This document shows positions 38,904 to 48,925 of a DNA stretch of 64,000 bases, one piece after another. The notes under the pieces were generated by a model. That model worked only from the letters and a program-made list of their open reading frames with translations. It had not been told where the DNA came from and searched no databases. Every line of letters starts with the position of its first letter. Position 1 is the first letter of the stretch. The DNA is taken from IMG/VR virus record IMGVR_UViG_3300042937_000753, positions 1 through 64,000 of that record. The stretch is one strand, 5' to 3'. The DNA is from a virus. A program made the translations under genes and the position numbers.

Positions 38904-41900
38904 ATGTTTTGTGAATCTAAATCTACAGTATTAAAAGATCTTAAGGAAAAAGGAATACTTGGTGAATACAATGATGTACTTAATACAATTGAGTTTGAAA
39001 AATTTAATAAAGAATTTACCAGATTCATTGAGTTAAAATATAATCTAAACACTGGAGGTGAGCTTGCCTTTAGCACATATGAAACACAAACACGTTTTCC
39101 ATATAGTTCTAGATACTATAGAGATGATATACAAACAACCATATATGCTCAAACTAATGAACCATTGTTTGAAGCTCTTGATGAGGAAAGGATAAAAGCT
39201 GATATCAAAAATGAAGTAAAAGACCGTGATGTTTTAAATGAACCTGAAGCTGAATATCCAGAAGATGATTTAATGAACCCAATGTTCATGAGAGAGCCTT
39301 CTTATCTTCAACATAGATTTAACAGTGAAACTAAAAAAGCAATGTTATCTTTTATAGAAGGTCTCAATATTAAAGTTGTAGATGGTCTTGATGAAATTAT
39401 CCCTAGTAGCAGAAGAACATGGATAGATAAAAATGGTAATATGCAAACTAGAGAGGATCCTTTAGCTGCATTTGATCTTCTACAAAAGTTTTTGGCTTTG
39501 AAAGAAAATATATCTGATAAAAATGTTTCTATGCAGACAGCCAATATTATTTATAGTTTTCTTGGTAAAAAATCTAAATTAGGTATTGAACTTTGGAAAG
39601 GTATAAATAGTTGGAGTAAGTATCAAGAAGTCTATGATAAGTATAATAATAAAAAACTTAGAGGACAAGAAGAACAGGTTGTAGAACAACCTATGCAATA
39701 TGGTGAGAATAGTTTAGCTGAAGATAAAATAAAAGAAGTCTATGAATATGATCCAGCTAGATTTAATGCATGGGCACATAAACAAACTATAATTGAGTTT
39801 CTTTCTAGCATGCTTATTATTGGAATTGACAATAATTATATTGGTAAAAAAAGAACTAATCCTGATATTGCTAAAGAATATTTTGAAAGCCTTGGTTATA
39901 AAGATAAGTATGCAAAAGATTGGATTACCCGTATGTTTAATAGATTCATGAATTGGATTAAAGAACATATATTAAATAATAAAGCAATTACAATTTATAA
40001 AGAAGCTGAGTTGAGAGATACTGTACTTGATATTGTTGATGATGTTTATAAAAAGAACTATATCAAGTTTATTAGAAGTTATTATGAAAACCCTACAACT
40101 GGAAAATTCTTTAATGCTAAGGGTCAGGAGTTTGAACAAAAATTTTATGATGAAAGTCTTAAAAGAGATCCCTTTGCAAAAGAAATAGTTGATAAATTAT
40201 TCAATGCTCCATATGAATATTTTTTAAGTGGCTCATTAGTTCTTAGAAAATACGGTAGAGTTATAAGAGCTTTAAGTGAAGACTTACATGATATTGATGG
40301 TGTAATAAGTCTACAACAATTTGAAAGTGAAAAAAATGCTACTCAGTTTTTAAAATGGATTGAAGAAAGAGGTGTTCCTTTAAGTAGAGAAAGAACTACT
40401 AAAAACTCTAAGCAGTTTATAAAAGAACTGATGCCTTATTTAGAAGGACAATCTTGGTATGAAGATTTGAAAAAACAATTTCCTACTTGGACTTTTAAAG
40501 CTGCTTTCATTGGAAAAGATCATAAGAAAGGTGAATCAGTTACTATTTCTGGATATGTTGAACATCCTACAGAAACAGTTCTAGTTCAGAATGCAGATGG
40601 AAGTGCTGCTACAGATTTCTTTAATGCTGAAGATAATGGTAAAACTCTTCCTAAGAGATATGTACTTGATTTCTTTTTGAGAACACAAGAGGGTAATTAC
40701 CCAGAGGTGTTTGATCATTATTATAAAGACTGGAAACAAATCTTTGAAGCTAAGATCAACATGGGCCGTGGAAAAGACTTGGCTGATTTAATATATTTTC
40801 AACCATTTAGAGAAGATAAATACAAGTATACTAATAAAGGTTTTAGATACTTTACATTTGCTGATGATGTAATTACAAATATGCCTGACATAACTGAATT
40901 TAAAGTTGATGAGCAAGCTATAAAAAATCAAAGATCTAAAGAAGCAGCTAATGCATTAGGTCAAAAAATTGCACAAGCTTTAGGAGTACAATATATGTAC
41001 ATAACAGATGCTCAAGCAAAACAGATTCTGGAGTCTAGAAAAAAAACATACAATGGTGAACCAGCTTTTTTCTTTGGAGGAACAGTTTATATTGTTGGTG
41101 ATAATGTAAACTTTGACACTGTACTCCATGAATTATCACATCCTTTATTAAGAGCAATTTTTAAAGAAAATCCAAAACTCTTTAATAACTTGTATGAAGC
41201 ATTAAAAGCTACTACAGAAGGGGATATAATAATCCAGCATGTTAAAGATAATTATCCAGAGCTTAAAGAAGAAAGCCCTCTATTTAAAGAGGAAGCTCTT
41301 GCTTATGCACTACAAAGAAAAGCAGCAAATAAAGTAACTAATCAAATTGAGTCATTAGGTTTTGAAGGATTTATTGGAAAGTTACTTGATGCATTAAGAA
41401 ATATGCTTAAAAAAATCTTTGGATCTAAAACTAGAGTATCTGAGATTGATGTAAATACCTCAATTGATAAGCTTGCAGATATGCTCTTAGAAGATTCATT
41501 TGAATATGAAACTGATTTTGTTACCAATGATGATCTTGTTGCATATGCCAGGGAGATAAAAGAAATGGCTGAAAAGCTTACTAAAGATGTCAAAGCTGAA
41601 AAAATACAAGAGGGTATCAATGAAATGTATGCTACCACTCAATTAATATATGAGAAAGCTATAAACTTTAGAACTAGATCTCCGCAGTATCAAAGAATGT
41701 TAAAAGAAGCATTGTTTGTAAAAGGAGAAACAAATGAATTACTTCCTAAAATTAAAAGAATTTTGTTTGGATATCAGACAGTGTCGGGTCAAGAAAAATT
41801 TACTATTGATGATGCTATCAAAAATGCAGTAGAAGCAGAAAGAATGAGAAATGAAGATCTTATTAATAGAGCCCGCAGTTTTGTAAACACAGTTGGAATT

Positions 41901-44900
41901 GTAAATAATATTGCTAAAAATATCTATCAAGATCTTGATGCTATGGATAGAAGCAATTCATTTAATTCTAGAGATGCTATAGCCTTATTATTCTTATATA
42001 GAAGTTCAATTAGATCATACAATGATATGTTTAATTCATTTGATGAAATGATTGCTAATGAAGAAGGTTTTGATATAAATCAGACTAATGATATTATTGA
42101 CCTTATTAATGAGGCTAAGAATAACTTAATGAGATCTGATAAAAAAATCCGTGACATATATAAAGCAAACAGTGTTGATTTCTATGTAGAGATAACAGGT
42201 TATATGAATGATTTCTTAAAGGAAGAGCTTGGTAAGAACTTAAGAAATGCATTAACAGATAAGCTTTCTGAAAAAGAAATAGATGACTTGTACAATATTG
42301 CAATTACTCAAAAATTAGATGACCAAACTGCTGAAGAATTATATACCAATCTAGAAAAGAAAGGTGTTGAATCTAAATATATCAAAAAATTTATTGATGA
42401 TTATAATGCATTCTTGGTTAATCAAGATAAAATTACTGATGGTTTGTCAGGTAAACTAAGAGATGTAAGTTGGTTTAATAGATTCTTTGAGTCATATACA
42501 TCTAGTAATGATCCTATAGTAGGTGGATTAGCTATTTTTATCAATGATCAAAAAACAGAAGCTTCTCAAAGGGCCCTGGATAAGTCATATAAATTTAGAA
42601 AAGAACTTGAACCTCTCTTACAAAAAGTAGGTTATACAACTTTAAAAACCAGACAGTTAACTGATATGTTAATGTTTAAGGATAAACTATTATATATAGA
42701 TCCTAAAACAAAAAAACCTATTGAAAAAGAAGTATTTACATTCTTAAATGAGTTTGGTAATGGTTGGAGATATAAACAAGATTTGCTTGAATATCAAGTT
42801 GATGAAGCTTTAGCATCAGAAGATGATGATAAAATTAGAACTGCTACTAATGCATTAAAACAGTTTAAAAAAGATTACATGTGGGATGATTACATTCCAG
42901 AATTTTATGAAAAAGATGCTGTCTTTGAAAAATATGGTGAACTTGGTAAAATGGCATGGCTTTCTAGGAAGATGGCTCTTGACAAGTTTAATAATGAATC
43001 CAATGAGATTAGTGATGAGCTTGAAAGATTTCAAAAATATTCTACTCTTCAAGAGTTATGGAGAGAATATCAAATGCTTTCTTCATTAAAATATGCAGAC
43101 GGAACTAGTAAAGTAGATGACCCTGCTACTGGTGTTTATGATTTGTCAATTGCAAAAATACTTCTTGAACATAAAGAATCTACTAAAGATTACTATGAAT
43201 TTGCTCCAAGACCTGGTTCATTACAAACATCATTTAATCAGTTTTTAAGTTTAGCTGAGTCAAATGGTGAAGATTTAGTTAAGGCTAAAGATGAATGGAT
43301 CAAACAAAACATTAGAATTGCATATACTCAAGAGTTTTATGATTCTAGAAAAGAATTAACAGCTAAACTTAAACAAATTCAAGACAAGGTAAATTCTGTT
43401 ATTGGTTCTGAGTTTGATATTAGTAATGCATACAATGAGATTTATAATTTAATGTTTGCATATAAAGATCAACAAGGGCAACCAATTCCATCTGAATTAG
43501 GCGTAGATAAAATGAAGATGATTAAAGAACTTAATCAAAAAATCATTAACTATAAAGCTGCTTTTGATACTAAAACTGGTTTATCAAATGAAGATGCTGA
43601 AGAACTTGAGCTATATATTGCAATCAATAAGAAAAATCCTGAAAGGTTAACTCCAGAGCAAAAACTAAGATATAGAGAGTTGTTAATGCAACAAACTAAA
43701 ACAGGTTTGTCTCTTGCTGAAGTTGCTACTATGCAAAGTGTTTATGCTGAATTATCTTCTCTTACACAAAAAGTTTCTACTGAATACTATGTAGATTCAA
43801 TAAATGAACATTTACAAAGATTGAATGTAGCCACACTTACTGTAGATCAAGTAGACAATTTTATTAATAGTGATGAGATGAAAAATCTTCTTGCTAGTGA
43901 CGGTAAATTTGTAGATTGGTTTGTAACTAACCATGTATCTAGAAAAGTAAAAAATAGAAAAACCCGTAAAATGGAGCTTAAATATGAAAGATCCATGGCA
44001 AACTCTATTTCTATTCCTAAGAATGAAAAGTATTATGAAAAAACCACCCTCTTTAATGAGTTAACTGGTAAAGATGAAACATTCCGTGGTCTACCAAATG
44101 CAAGACACTCTACATATAAAGTAAAAGATAAATACAGAACAGGTTATGATCCTACTACAGGAGAAGTAAAACTAGAAGTGGGAGTTCATATTGATAATAA
44201 AGGACAACCCTTACCAAGAGCTTTTAAAGTAGGAGATAAGAACAGTGCTCTTAATGATGATTTCATCAATAAAGATTACATGAGATTAAAGGAACAACCA
44301 AACAGTCCTAGATTTCAGTTACTTGAATTAATGAAGAAAGCACACCTATCATTCCAAGAAGATAAATCTAATAAGTCTAAGCTTTATTTAGACATGCCTA
44401 GATATGTTCTTAGAGATAATTTATCTAGATTACAAGCTGGTAAATTTGGTGAAAGATACAATCAGATTAAAAAAGGTATAACTCAGTCATTAAAAGATAG
44501 CTTTGGACAAGCCGTTGATGAGAATGAACTTGAGCATAACTATGAGAGAGATAATAATCTTGAAGAATATAGAATGGTTAATACTGATTTAAATTCTGAA
44601 GAAGTTTCTTATATTCCTGTTTCTGGTATGTATAATCTTGAGACAGATAATACTGATCCAGATGTTATTCGTGGAATGTTCAAATACTTACTTTCTCTTG
44701 AGACTCAAAGTAAACTTCATGAAACATTACCTCTTGTTAATTCAATCTTGGAAACATTAGCAGATCCTGCTAATGCACCTAAGACTCCAAATACCTATAG
44801 TAAAACCATTAAGAAAATAAAAGGTAAACTTCAGCATACTGTAAAACCAGGAGCAAGTAATAATAGACTTGGTCAAGTAAGATCTCTTATTGAAAGAGAA

Positions 44901-46481
44901 TACCATGGTAAACAATTCAGCGGGGAAGGAAGCTCTATCTATTTAGATAAATTCATGGGTCAATTACAAAAACTTTCTGCAAGAGCTTCATTAGCTGTTA
45001 ATATTTCTTCGGATTTAAAAAATAGATACGGTCAGATTGTACAGAACATGCTTGAATCTGCTGGAGGTGAGTTTATTACACCAAAAGATTTAGCTCAAGC
45101 TAGACTATGGGCTGCAACAACAATGATAGAATGGACATCAAAAAGTGTTTACACTAAAGGAGTACCTGCATTATCATCTCAAATCATAGAGATGTTTGAC
45201 TCAGCATTTAAATTCAAAGATGACTTTGGTAGATCTGTTTCTAGAAACATGGGTAAAGATATGATGAATGGTGAGTGGATGTATAACATCAGAAAGAATC
45301 TGGAGATGGAGGCTGCCTTACAATTATTTGGGGCATTTCTTAATGGACAAAAAGTAGAACAGAAACTTTCTAATGGTAAAACAATCACTGTTAATTACAA
45401 AGATGCATGGCAAGTTAATAAAGATACTGGTATAGCTGAATTAAAACCCGGTATTGATCCAGCATGGAGTAATAGAACAATTACACATGATTTTCAAAGA
45501 GGTCAAACTTTGGAGGATATAGCAGCAATGTATGGTGTTACTGTAGATGAAATTAAAGAAAGAAATAAAATTGTAAATGTTTTAGAATTTGAAGATAATC
45601 AAGAAATAATTATTGCTAAATCAGAAAAATTCAAACAATTTAGAAATAAATTTCAAGGTGTATCCCATAAATTATATGGTTCATATGATGACTTTGCACA
45701 AGCAGAGGGTAATCTATACTTACCATATAGAATGTTTACTTTCATGAGAAAGTGGTTTGTCCCTATGCTTACAAATAGATGGGGTGCTCGTGTTGAAATT
45801 GAAGATGGTAAATTCTGGTCTCCCAAACTCAATAAAAGATATGATTGGATGACTGGTAAAACTAATCTTGGTTTCTATCTTAATGCCTATATTGGAATGA
45901 AAGAGTTAATTAAGAGTAAAGGAAAGTATTGGTCTTATATGCCTGAAGATCAAAAGAGAGATCTAATGAAAACATTAGCTGAATCATTATTTATTATTAC
46001 ATCAGCTCTCTTAGCTTCAATGTTATTTGGATATGATCCTGATGATAAAGAAAGATTTAAAAAATTAGAAGCTAGATCTGGAGCTCTTGGTACTGATGAT
46101 TTTAAAACTTGGGGTTTCATACAAAATCATATGTTGATCTTATTATTAGGTACACAAATGGAATCTTCAGCTTTTGTTCCGCTTCCAACAATGTTTGGAG
46201 TAAATCTTGGAGCAGATGACTATATTAAAATTGCTACAACTACCACATCTTCATTTGGAAATACCGTAGGGTTATATGCAAAAATGATGGAGGATGTATT
46301 TAAATTAATGACTTTTAATGATAAAGCTTATTATAGTAGAAAAGAAGGTGAATATTGGTGGCAACAAAAGGATGTACCTAAAATATATGGTAGATTACTT
46401 AAATCTGTTGGTATCACTGGTTCAACAGGAGATGTAACTCAATCACTTGAAGGTCTTGAAAATGCAGGTAAACTTAAATAA
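38904..46481 (+). CDS. Giant ejection protein with nucleotidyltransferase, zincin and LysM domains and C-terminal TM segments (2525 aa)
   Basis: YFLSGSL..LHDIDGVI (NTase); VLHELSH..EEALA (zincin); HDFQRGQTLEDIAAMYGVTVDEIKERNKI (LysM); hydrophobic SLFIITSALLASMLFG; single Cys at residue 3. Confidence 0.7.
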   Translation: MFCESKSTVLKDLKEKGILGEYNDVLNTIEFEKFNKEFTRFIELKYNLNTGGELAFSTYETQTRFPYSSRYYRDDIQTTIYAQTNEPLFEALDEERIKADIKNEVKDRDVLNEPEAEYPEDDLMNPMFMREPSYLQHRFNSETKKAMLSFIEGLNIKVVDGLDEIIPSSRRTWIDKNGNMQTREDPLAAFDLLQKFLALKENISDKNVSMQTANIIYSFLGKKSKLGIELWKGINSWSKYQEVYDKYNNKKLRGQEEQVVEQPMQYGENSLAEDKIKEVYEYDPARFNAWAHKQTIIEFLSSMLIIGIDNNYIGKKRTNPDIAKEYFESLGYKDKYAKDWITRMFNRFMNWIKEHILNNKAITIYKEAELRDTVLDIVDDVYKKNYIKFIRSYYENPTTGKFFNAKGQEFEQKFYDESLKRDPFAKEIVDKLFNAPYEYFLSGSLVLRKYGRVIRALSEDLHDIDGVISLQQFESEKNATQFLKWIEERGVPLSRERTTKNSKQFIKELMPYLEGQSWYEDLKKQFPTWTFKAAFIGKDHKKGESVTISGYVEHPTETVLVQNADGSAATDFFNAEDNGKTLPKRYVLDFFLRTQEGNYPEVFDHYYKDWKQIFEAKINMGRGKDLADLIYFQPFREDKYKYTNKGFRYFTFADDVITNMPDITEFKVDEQAIKNQRSKEAANALGQKIAQALGVQYMYITDAQAKQILESRKKTYNGEPAFFFGGTVYIVGDNVNFDTVLHELSHPLLRAIFKENPKLFNNLYEALKATTEGDIIIQHVKDNYPELKEESPLFKEEALAYALQRKAANKVTNQIESLGFEGFIGKLLDALRNMLKKIFGSKTRVSEIDVNTSIDKLADMLLEDSFEYETDFVTNDDLVAYAREIKEMAEKLTKDVKAEKIQEGINEMYATTQLIYEKAINFRTRSPQYQRMLKEALFVKGETNELLPKIKRILFGYQTVSGQEKFTIDDAIKNAVEAERMRNEDLINRARSFVNTVGIVNNIAKNIYQDLDAMDRSNSFNSRDAIALLFLYRSSIRSYNDMFNSFDEMIANEEGFDINQTNDIIDLINEAKNNLMRSDKKIRDIYKANSVDFYVEITGYMNDFLKEELGKNLRNALTDKLSEKEIDDLYNIAITQKLDDQTAEELYTNLEKKGVESKYIKKFIDDYNAFLVNQDKITDGLSGKLRDVSWFNRFFESYTSSNDPIVGGLAIFINDQKTEASQRALDKSYKFRKELEPLLQKVGYTTLKTRQLTDMLMFKDKLLYIDPKTKKPIEKEVFTFLNEFGNGWRYKQDLLEYQVDEALASEDDDKIRTATNALKQFKKDYMWDDYIPEFYEKDAVFEKYGELGKMAWLSRKMALDKFNNESNEISDELERFQKYSTLQELWREYQMLSSLKYADGTSKVDDPATGVYDLSIAKILLEHKESTKDYYEFAPRPGSLQTSFNQFLSLAESNGEDLVKAKDEWIKQNIRIAYTQEFYDSRKELTAKLKQIQDKVNSVIGSEFDISNAYNEIYNLMFAYKDQQGQPIPSELGVDKMKMIKELNQKIINYKAAFDTKTGLSNEDAEELELYIAINKKNPERLTPEQKLRYRELLMQQTKTGLSLAEVATMQSVYAELSSLTQKVSTEYYVDSINEHLQRLNVATLTVDQVDNFINSDEMKNLLASDGKFVDWFVTNHVSRKVKNRKTRKMELKYERSMANSISIPKNEKYYEKTTLFNELTGKDETFRGLPNARHSTYKVKDKYRTGYDPTTGEVKLEVGVHIDNKGQPLPRAFKVGDKNSALNDDFINKDYMRLKEQPNSPRFQLLELMKKAHLSFQEDKSNKSKLYLDMPRYVLRDNLSRLQAGKFGERYNQIKKGITQSLKDSFGQAVDENELEHNYERDNNLEEYRMVNTDLNSEEVSYIPVSGMYNLETDNTDPDVIRGMFKYLLSLETQSKLHETLPLVNSILETLADPANAPKTPNTYSKTIKKIKGKLQHTVKPGASNNRLGQVRSLIEREYHGKQFSGEGSSIYLDKFMGQLQKLSARASLAVNISSDLKNRYGQIVQNMLESAGGEFITPKDLAQARLWAATTMIEWTSKSVYTKGVPALSSQIIEMFDSAFKFKDDFGRSVSRNMGKDMMNGEWMYNIRKNLEMEAALQLFGAFLNGQKVEQKLSNGKTITVNYKDAWQVNKDTGIAELKPGIDPAWSNRTITHDFQRGQTLEDIAAMYGVTVDEIKERNKIVNVLEFEDNQEIIIAKSEKFKQFRNKFQGVSHKLYGSYDDFAQAEGNLYLPYRMFTFMRKWFVPMLTNRWGARVEIEDGKFWSPKLNKRYDWMTGKTNLGFYLNAYIGMKELIKSKGKYWSYMPEDQKRDLMKTLAESLFIITSALLASMLFGYDPDDKERFKKLEARSGALGTDDFKTWGFIQNHMLILLLGTQMESSAFVPLPTMFGVNLGADDYIKIATTTTSSFGNTVGLYAKMMEDVFKLMTFNDKAYYSRKEGEYWWQQKDVPKIYGRLLKSVGITGSTGDVTQSLEGLENAGKLK

Positions 46482-46487
46482 TAAATA

Positions 46488-46631
46488 ATGGCAAAAACAA
46501 CAACAACAATTTCAACAAGAGCTTACTTTAAACCTAAAGTTTCCCGTCCCGGGGTACATGCTAAGACTAAAACTAGTAAGTCCAGAAAATCAAAAAACTA
46601 TAAGAAATCTTATAGAGGACAAGGTAGGTAA
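46488..46631 (+). CDS. Small basic protein (47 aa), missed by ORF track
   Basis: MAKTTTTISTRAYFKPKVSRPGVHAKTKTSKSRKSKNYKKSYRGQGR*; A-rich start 6 nt after the upstream stop; K/R-rich, no acidic residues. Confidence 0.75.
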   Translation: MAKTTTTISTRAYFKPKVSRPGVHAKTKTSKSRKSKNYKKSYRGQGR

Positions 46632-46632
46632 G

Positions 46633-46666
46633 AAAAAAAAAGGGGAGAGCCATTACAGCCCTCCCC
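46633..46666 (-). terminator. Rho-independent terminator at the convergence of the two modules
   Basis: Minus strand GGGGAGGGC-tgtaatg-GCTCTCCCC followed by T9; the loop holds the stop codon of the 118-aa gene. Confidence 0.85.
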
Positions 46667-47009
46667 ATTCTAATTCAAATAACTGCCAAAATAGATCTAG
46701 TGTTTCTTCTTCTACTTTTTCTTTTGGCCAAGTTTCTATATCATCCTGAAAATGATTAGTATCAAATCCAAATACCCACCAATCTTCAGGTGCATTTTCA
46801 CCATTTCCAAAATCTGAATAAGTCAATCCGCCATGAATACTTATTTGTTGAGCTTCATCCTCAAACATATAATAAACTTCATCATAATGTTTTTTATACA
46901 AAATATGGCTAGGTGGTATTGCTACATAACCATTTCCCCAACCTTTTTTCATTACAGGAAATCCATCTCCCCGTTTCCAATGTTTATTTGGAAGTACATA
47001 CCATATCAT
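46653..47009 (-). CDS. Conserved phage hypothetical protein (GYV..HGGLTY..WxxGFD motif)
   Basis: NGYVAIP..IHGGLTYS..WWVFGFDTNH; ATGA overlap with the upstream gene. Confidence 0.65.
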   Translation of the reverse strand: MIWYVLPNKHWKRGDGFPVMKKGWGNGYVAIPPSHILYKKHYDEVYYMFEDEAQQISIHGGLTYSDFGNGENAPEDWWVFGFDTNHFQDDIETWPKEKVEEETLDLFWQLFELEWGGL

Positions 47010-47194
47010 TCTTCATCATCTTCTTCACAACAATCACATTTTTCTGACTCTTGTTGTCCATATTCATTATCAAACCATTCTCTAGCTGTTGCTTTTGTTG
47101 GTCTTTCATAACAACCACAATACATACTCTCAGCTCCTGACATGTATGCTTCAATCAATGCTTTTTTAAATGCTACTGGATGCATCTGTCTCAA
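47006..47194 (-). CDS. Small hypothetical protein, Cys-containing acidic tail
   Basis: 62-aa ORF overlapping both neighbours, in operon orientation. Confidence 0.55.
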   Translation of the reverse strand: MRQMHPVAFKKALIEAYMSGAESMYCGCYERPTKATAREWFDNEYGQQESEKCDCCEEDDEE

Positions 47195-47573
47195 CTTTAA
47201 TAAACTTACTTAACTCTGGTCTGAAGTATCCAGGACCTTTAAGTATCTTTCCATCCTCTCTTAATAAAGGCTTACCATTCTCACCTAATTTACTCATATT
47301 ACTAGCTTGTATTTCATCAAATACATCTTCTATAATATTTTGCATACCATGCTTAAGAATAGTACCACAAAGAATGTATAGCTGATCACCTAAAGCATCT
47401 GCAACTTCTACTATAGATTTATTATAGCATGCCTCTAGATACTCATCATTTTCTTCTTTCATTAGACTATGTCTTAGATCAAATTCTGATGTTGGTATTA
47501 ATGTTGGCCATTTACCATCTTCTTGTCCAAAAGCTTTGTGGAACTTTGCCACTGATTTTAATTGTTTTTCCAT
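47166..47573 (-). CDS. MazG-like / all-alpha NTP pyrophosphohydrolase
   Basis: VAKFHKAFG..LMKEENDEY..EVADALGDQLYILCG..SNMSKL..REDGKILKGP, the DR2231-type NTP-PPase pattern. Confidence 0.85.
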   Translation of the reverse strand: MEKQLKSVAKFHKAFGQEDGKWPTLIPTSEFDLRHSLMKEENDEYLEACYNKSIVEVADALGDQLYILCGTILKHGMQNIIEDVFDEIQASNMSKLGENGKPLLREDGKILKGPGYFRPELSKFIKVETDASSSI

Positions 47574-47584
47574 GTTGTAAATTT

Positions 47585-47614
47585 AAAAAAAAAAGGGATA
47601 GCCGAAGCTACCCC
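47585..47614 (-). terminator. Rho-independent terminator with cUUCGg tetraloop
   Basis: Minus strand GGGGTAGC-TTCG-GCTATCCC followed by T10. Confidence 0.9.
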
Positions 47615-47656
47615 TTATGTGATAAATCAATAAATCCTTATTGGCTAACAAGGATG

Positions 47657-48925
47657 TCAAAAGAAATCTGGAGTAGTATCTACTTCAGATTCCGTGTCAT
47701 TAAAATCTAAATCAAAATCAGATTCTGTACTGTCAGGTTGTTTTTCCACTATTAAATCTAAGCTAGCTTCATCATCATCTTCTGGATCTGGAATAACCGG
47801 AGCTTCAAATGTATTACCTGCAGGATCAGTATAAACTACAGTTTCATCTTGGGGAAAAATGGACGTTGATTTTTCAGGACTAATTTCCCTTTCTATTGGA
47901 GTTAGTATTGAACCTAACACAGCATCATCATCCTCATCTATGTCAAATGGAACTTCCTCAGCTTCATCAAGACTTTCAAGTATTTCTTCCACCTGGTGCA
48001 CAATCTCTAACATTTCAGGGTCTTGTTGCACCACTTGATTATCAGCTAGTTCCGCTTCAGCATATTTAACATCTTCATCCATTTGATCTGCTTCCAAGTC
48101 TGCAATCTGATCTAGTAAACTTAACTGATTAGGATCAACAAACTCTGACTCAGTTACAATTGGTGTTGCAGTATATAACGCAACTGGTGCACTTAAAACG
48201 GGAACTGGTGCACTAAAATTACCAATGGTACCAATAAAATAATGCAACATCCGTTGATCTTCCATCCAAGTTTTAGGATGTGATAACTGTAATGCATTAG
48301 TAACAAAGTTATAGAATGCCCATAAACTATCAGTATTAGCAAATACTTGTTGTGGTTTCTTCATTTGATCTCTAATCATACTAGCTTGCTCCGTAGTAAG
48401 AATCTCATACTCTGCAAACAATACTCCTAGAAGCTGAGACTGTTTTCTTCTATTAAGTGTTATAGTTTCCATTGTAACTTTATCAGAACACAATTGAGTA
48501 TAATACATATAAGCATTTGCAATGTATGTATCAATTGTATCTTTTGTTTCTGTATCTGCAGTTCCAGTATGCTTTCTAACCCATGAACCAACTTCTCCAG
48601 AAATCATAACTGATCCTGTTTGGTTTATGTAAGCACCAACTACACATTTAAACTTTACTTGTTTATTATAACTGTTTGTCCAAGCAAACATCATTGACAA
48701 CTCTGGGTCATTATTAAAGTTTAGTTTATAAATTCCCTGAGCAATTTGTCCGTCAGCAGTACATCTGTACTCCTCTTCTACAATTCCAAACCCTGCAGTA
48801 GCAAGGGCTTGATAAGCATAATCAATAACAAACTGATGGCTAATTACAGTGTAAGTAGCAGCATGGTTTGGTAAAGGAACACTAATTAAAGTGGCCTTTG
48901 TTGTGTTTTGTATTTTCTTTGGCAT
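47657..48925 (-). CDS. DUF932-like protein with long acidic C-terminal tail
   Basis: TYTVISH..NSYNKQ..VRKHTG..SLWAFYNFVT pattern resembles DUF932-type phage proteins; about 170-aa D/E-rich tail ending TPDFF. Confidence 0.5.
   Translation of the reverse strand: MPKKIQNTTKATLISVPLPNHAATYTVISHQFVIDYAYQALATAGFGIVEEEYRCTADGQIAQGIYKLNFNNDPELSMMFAWTNSYNKQVKFKCVVGAYINQTGSVMISGEVGSWVRKHTGTADTETKDTIDTYIANAYMYYTQLCSDKVTMETITLNRRKQSQLLGVLFAEYEILTTEQASMIRDQMKKPQQVFANTDSLWAFYNFVTNALQLSHPKTWMEDQRMLHYFIGTIGNFSAPVPVLSAPVALYTATPIVTESEFVDPNQLSLLDQIADLEADQMDEDVKYAEAELADNQVVQQDPEMLEIVHQVEEILESLDEAEEVPFDIDEDDDAVLGSILTPIEREISPEKSTSIFPQDETVVYTDPAGNTFEAPVIPDPEDDDEASLDLIVEKQPDSTESDFDLDFNDTESEVDTTPDFF

Noticed and set aside
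46558-46749. 63-aa plus-strand ORF from the track
   Set aside because: It runs through the terminator and into a convergent gene. The overlapping 47-aa ORF at 46488 has a better start context.
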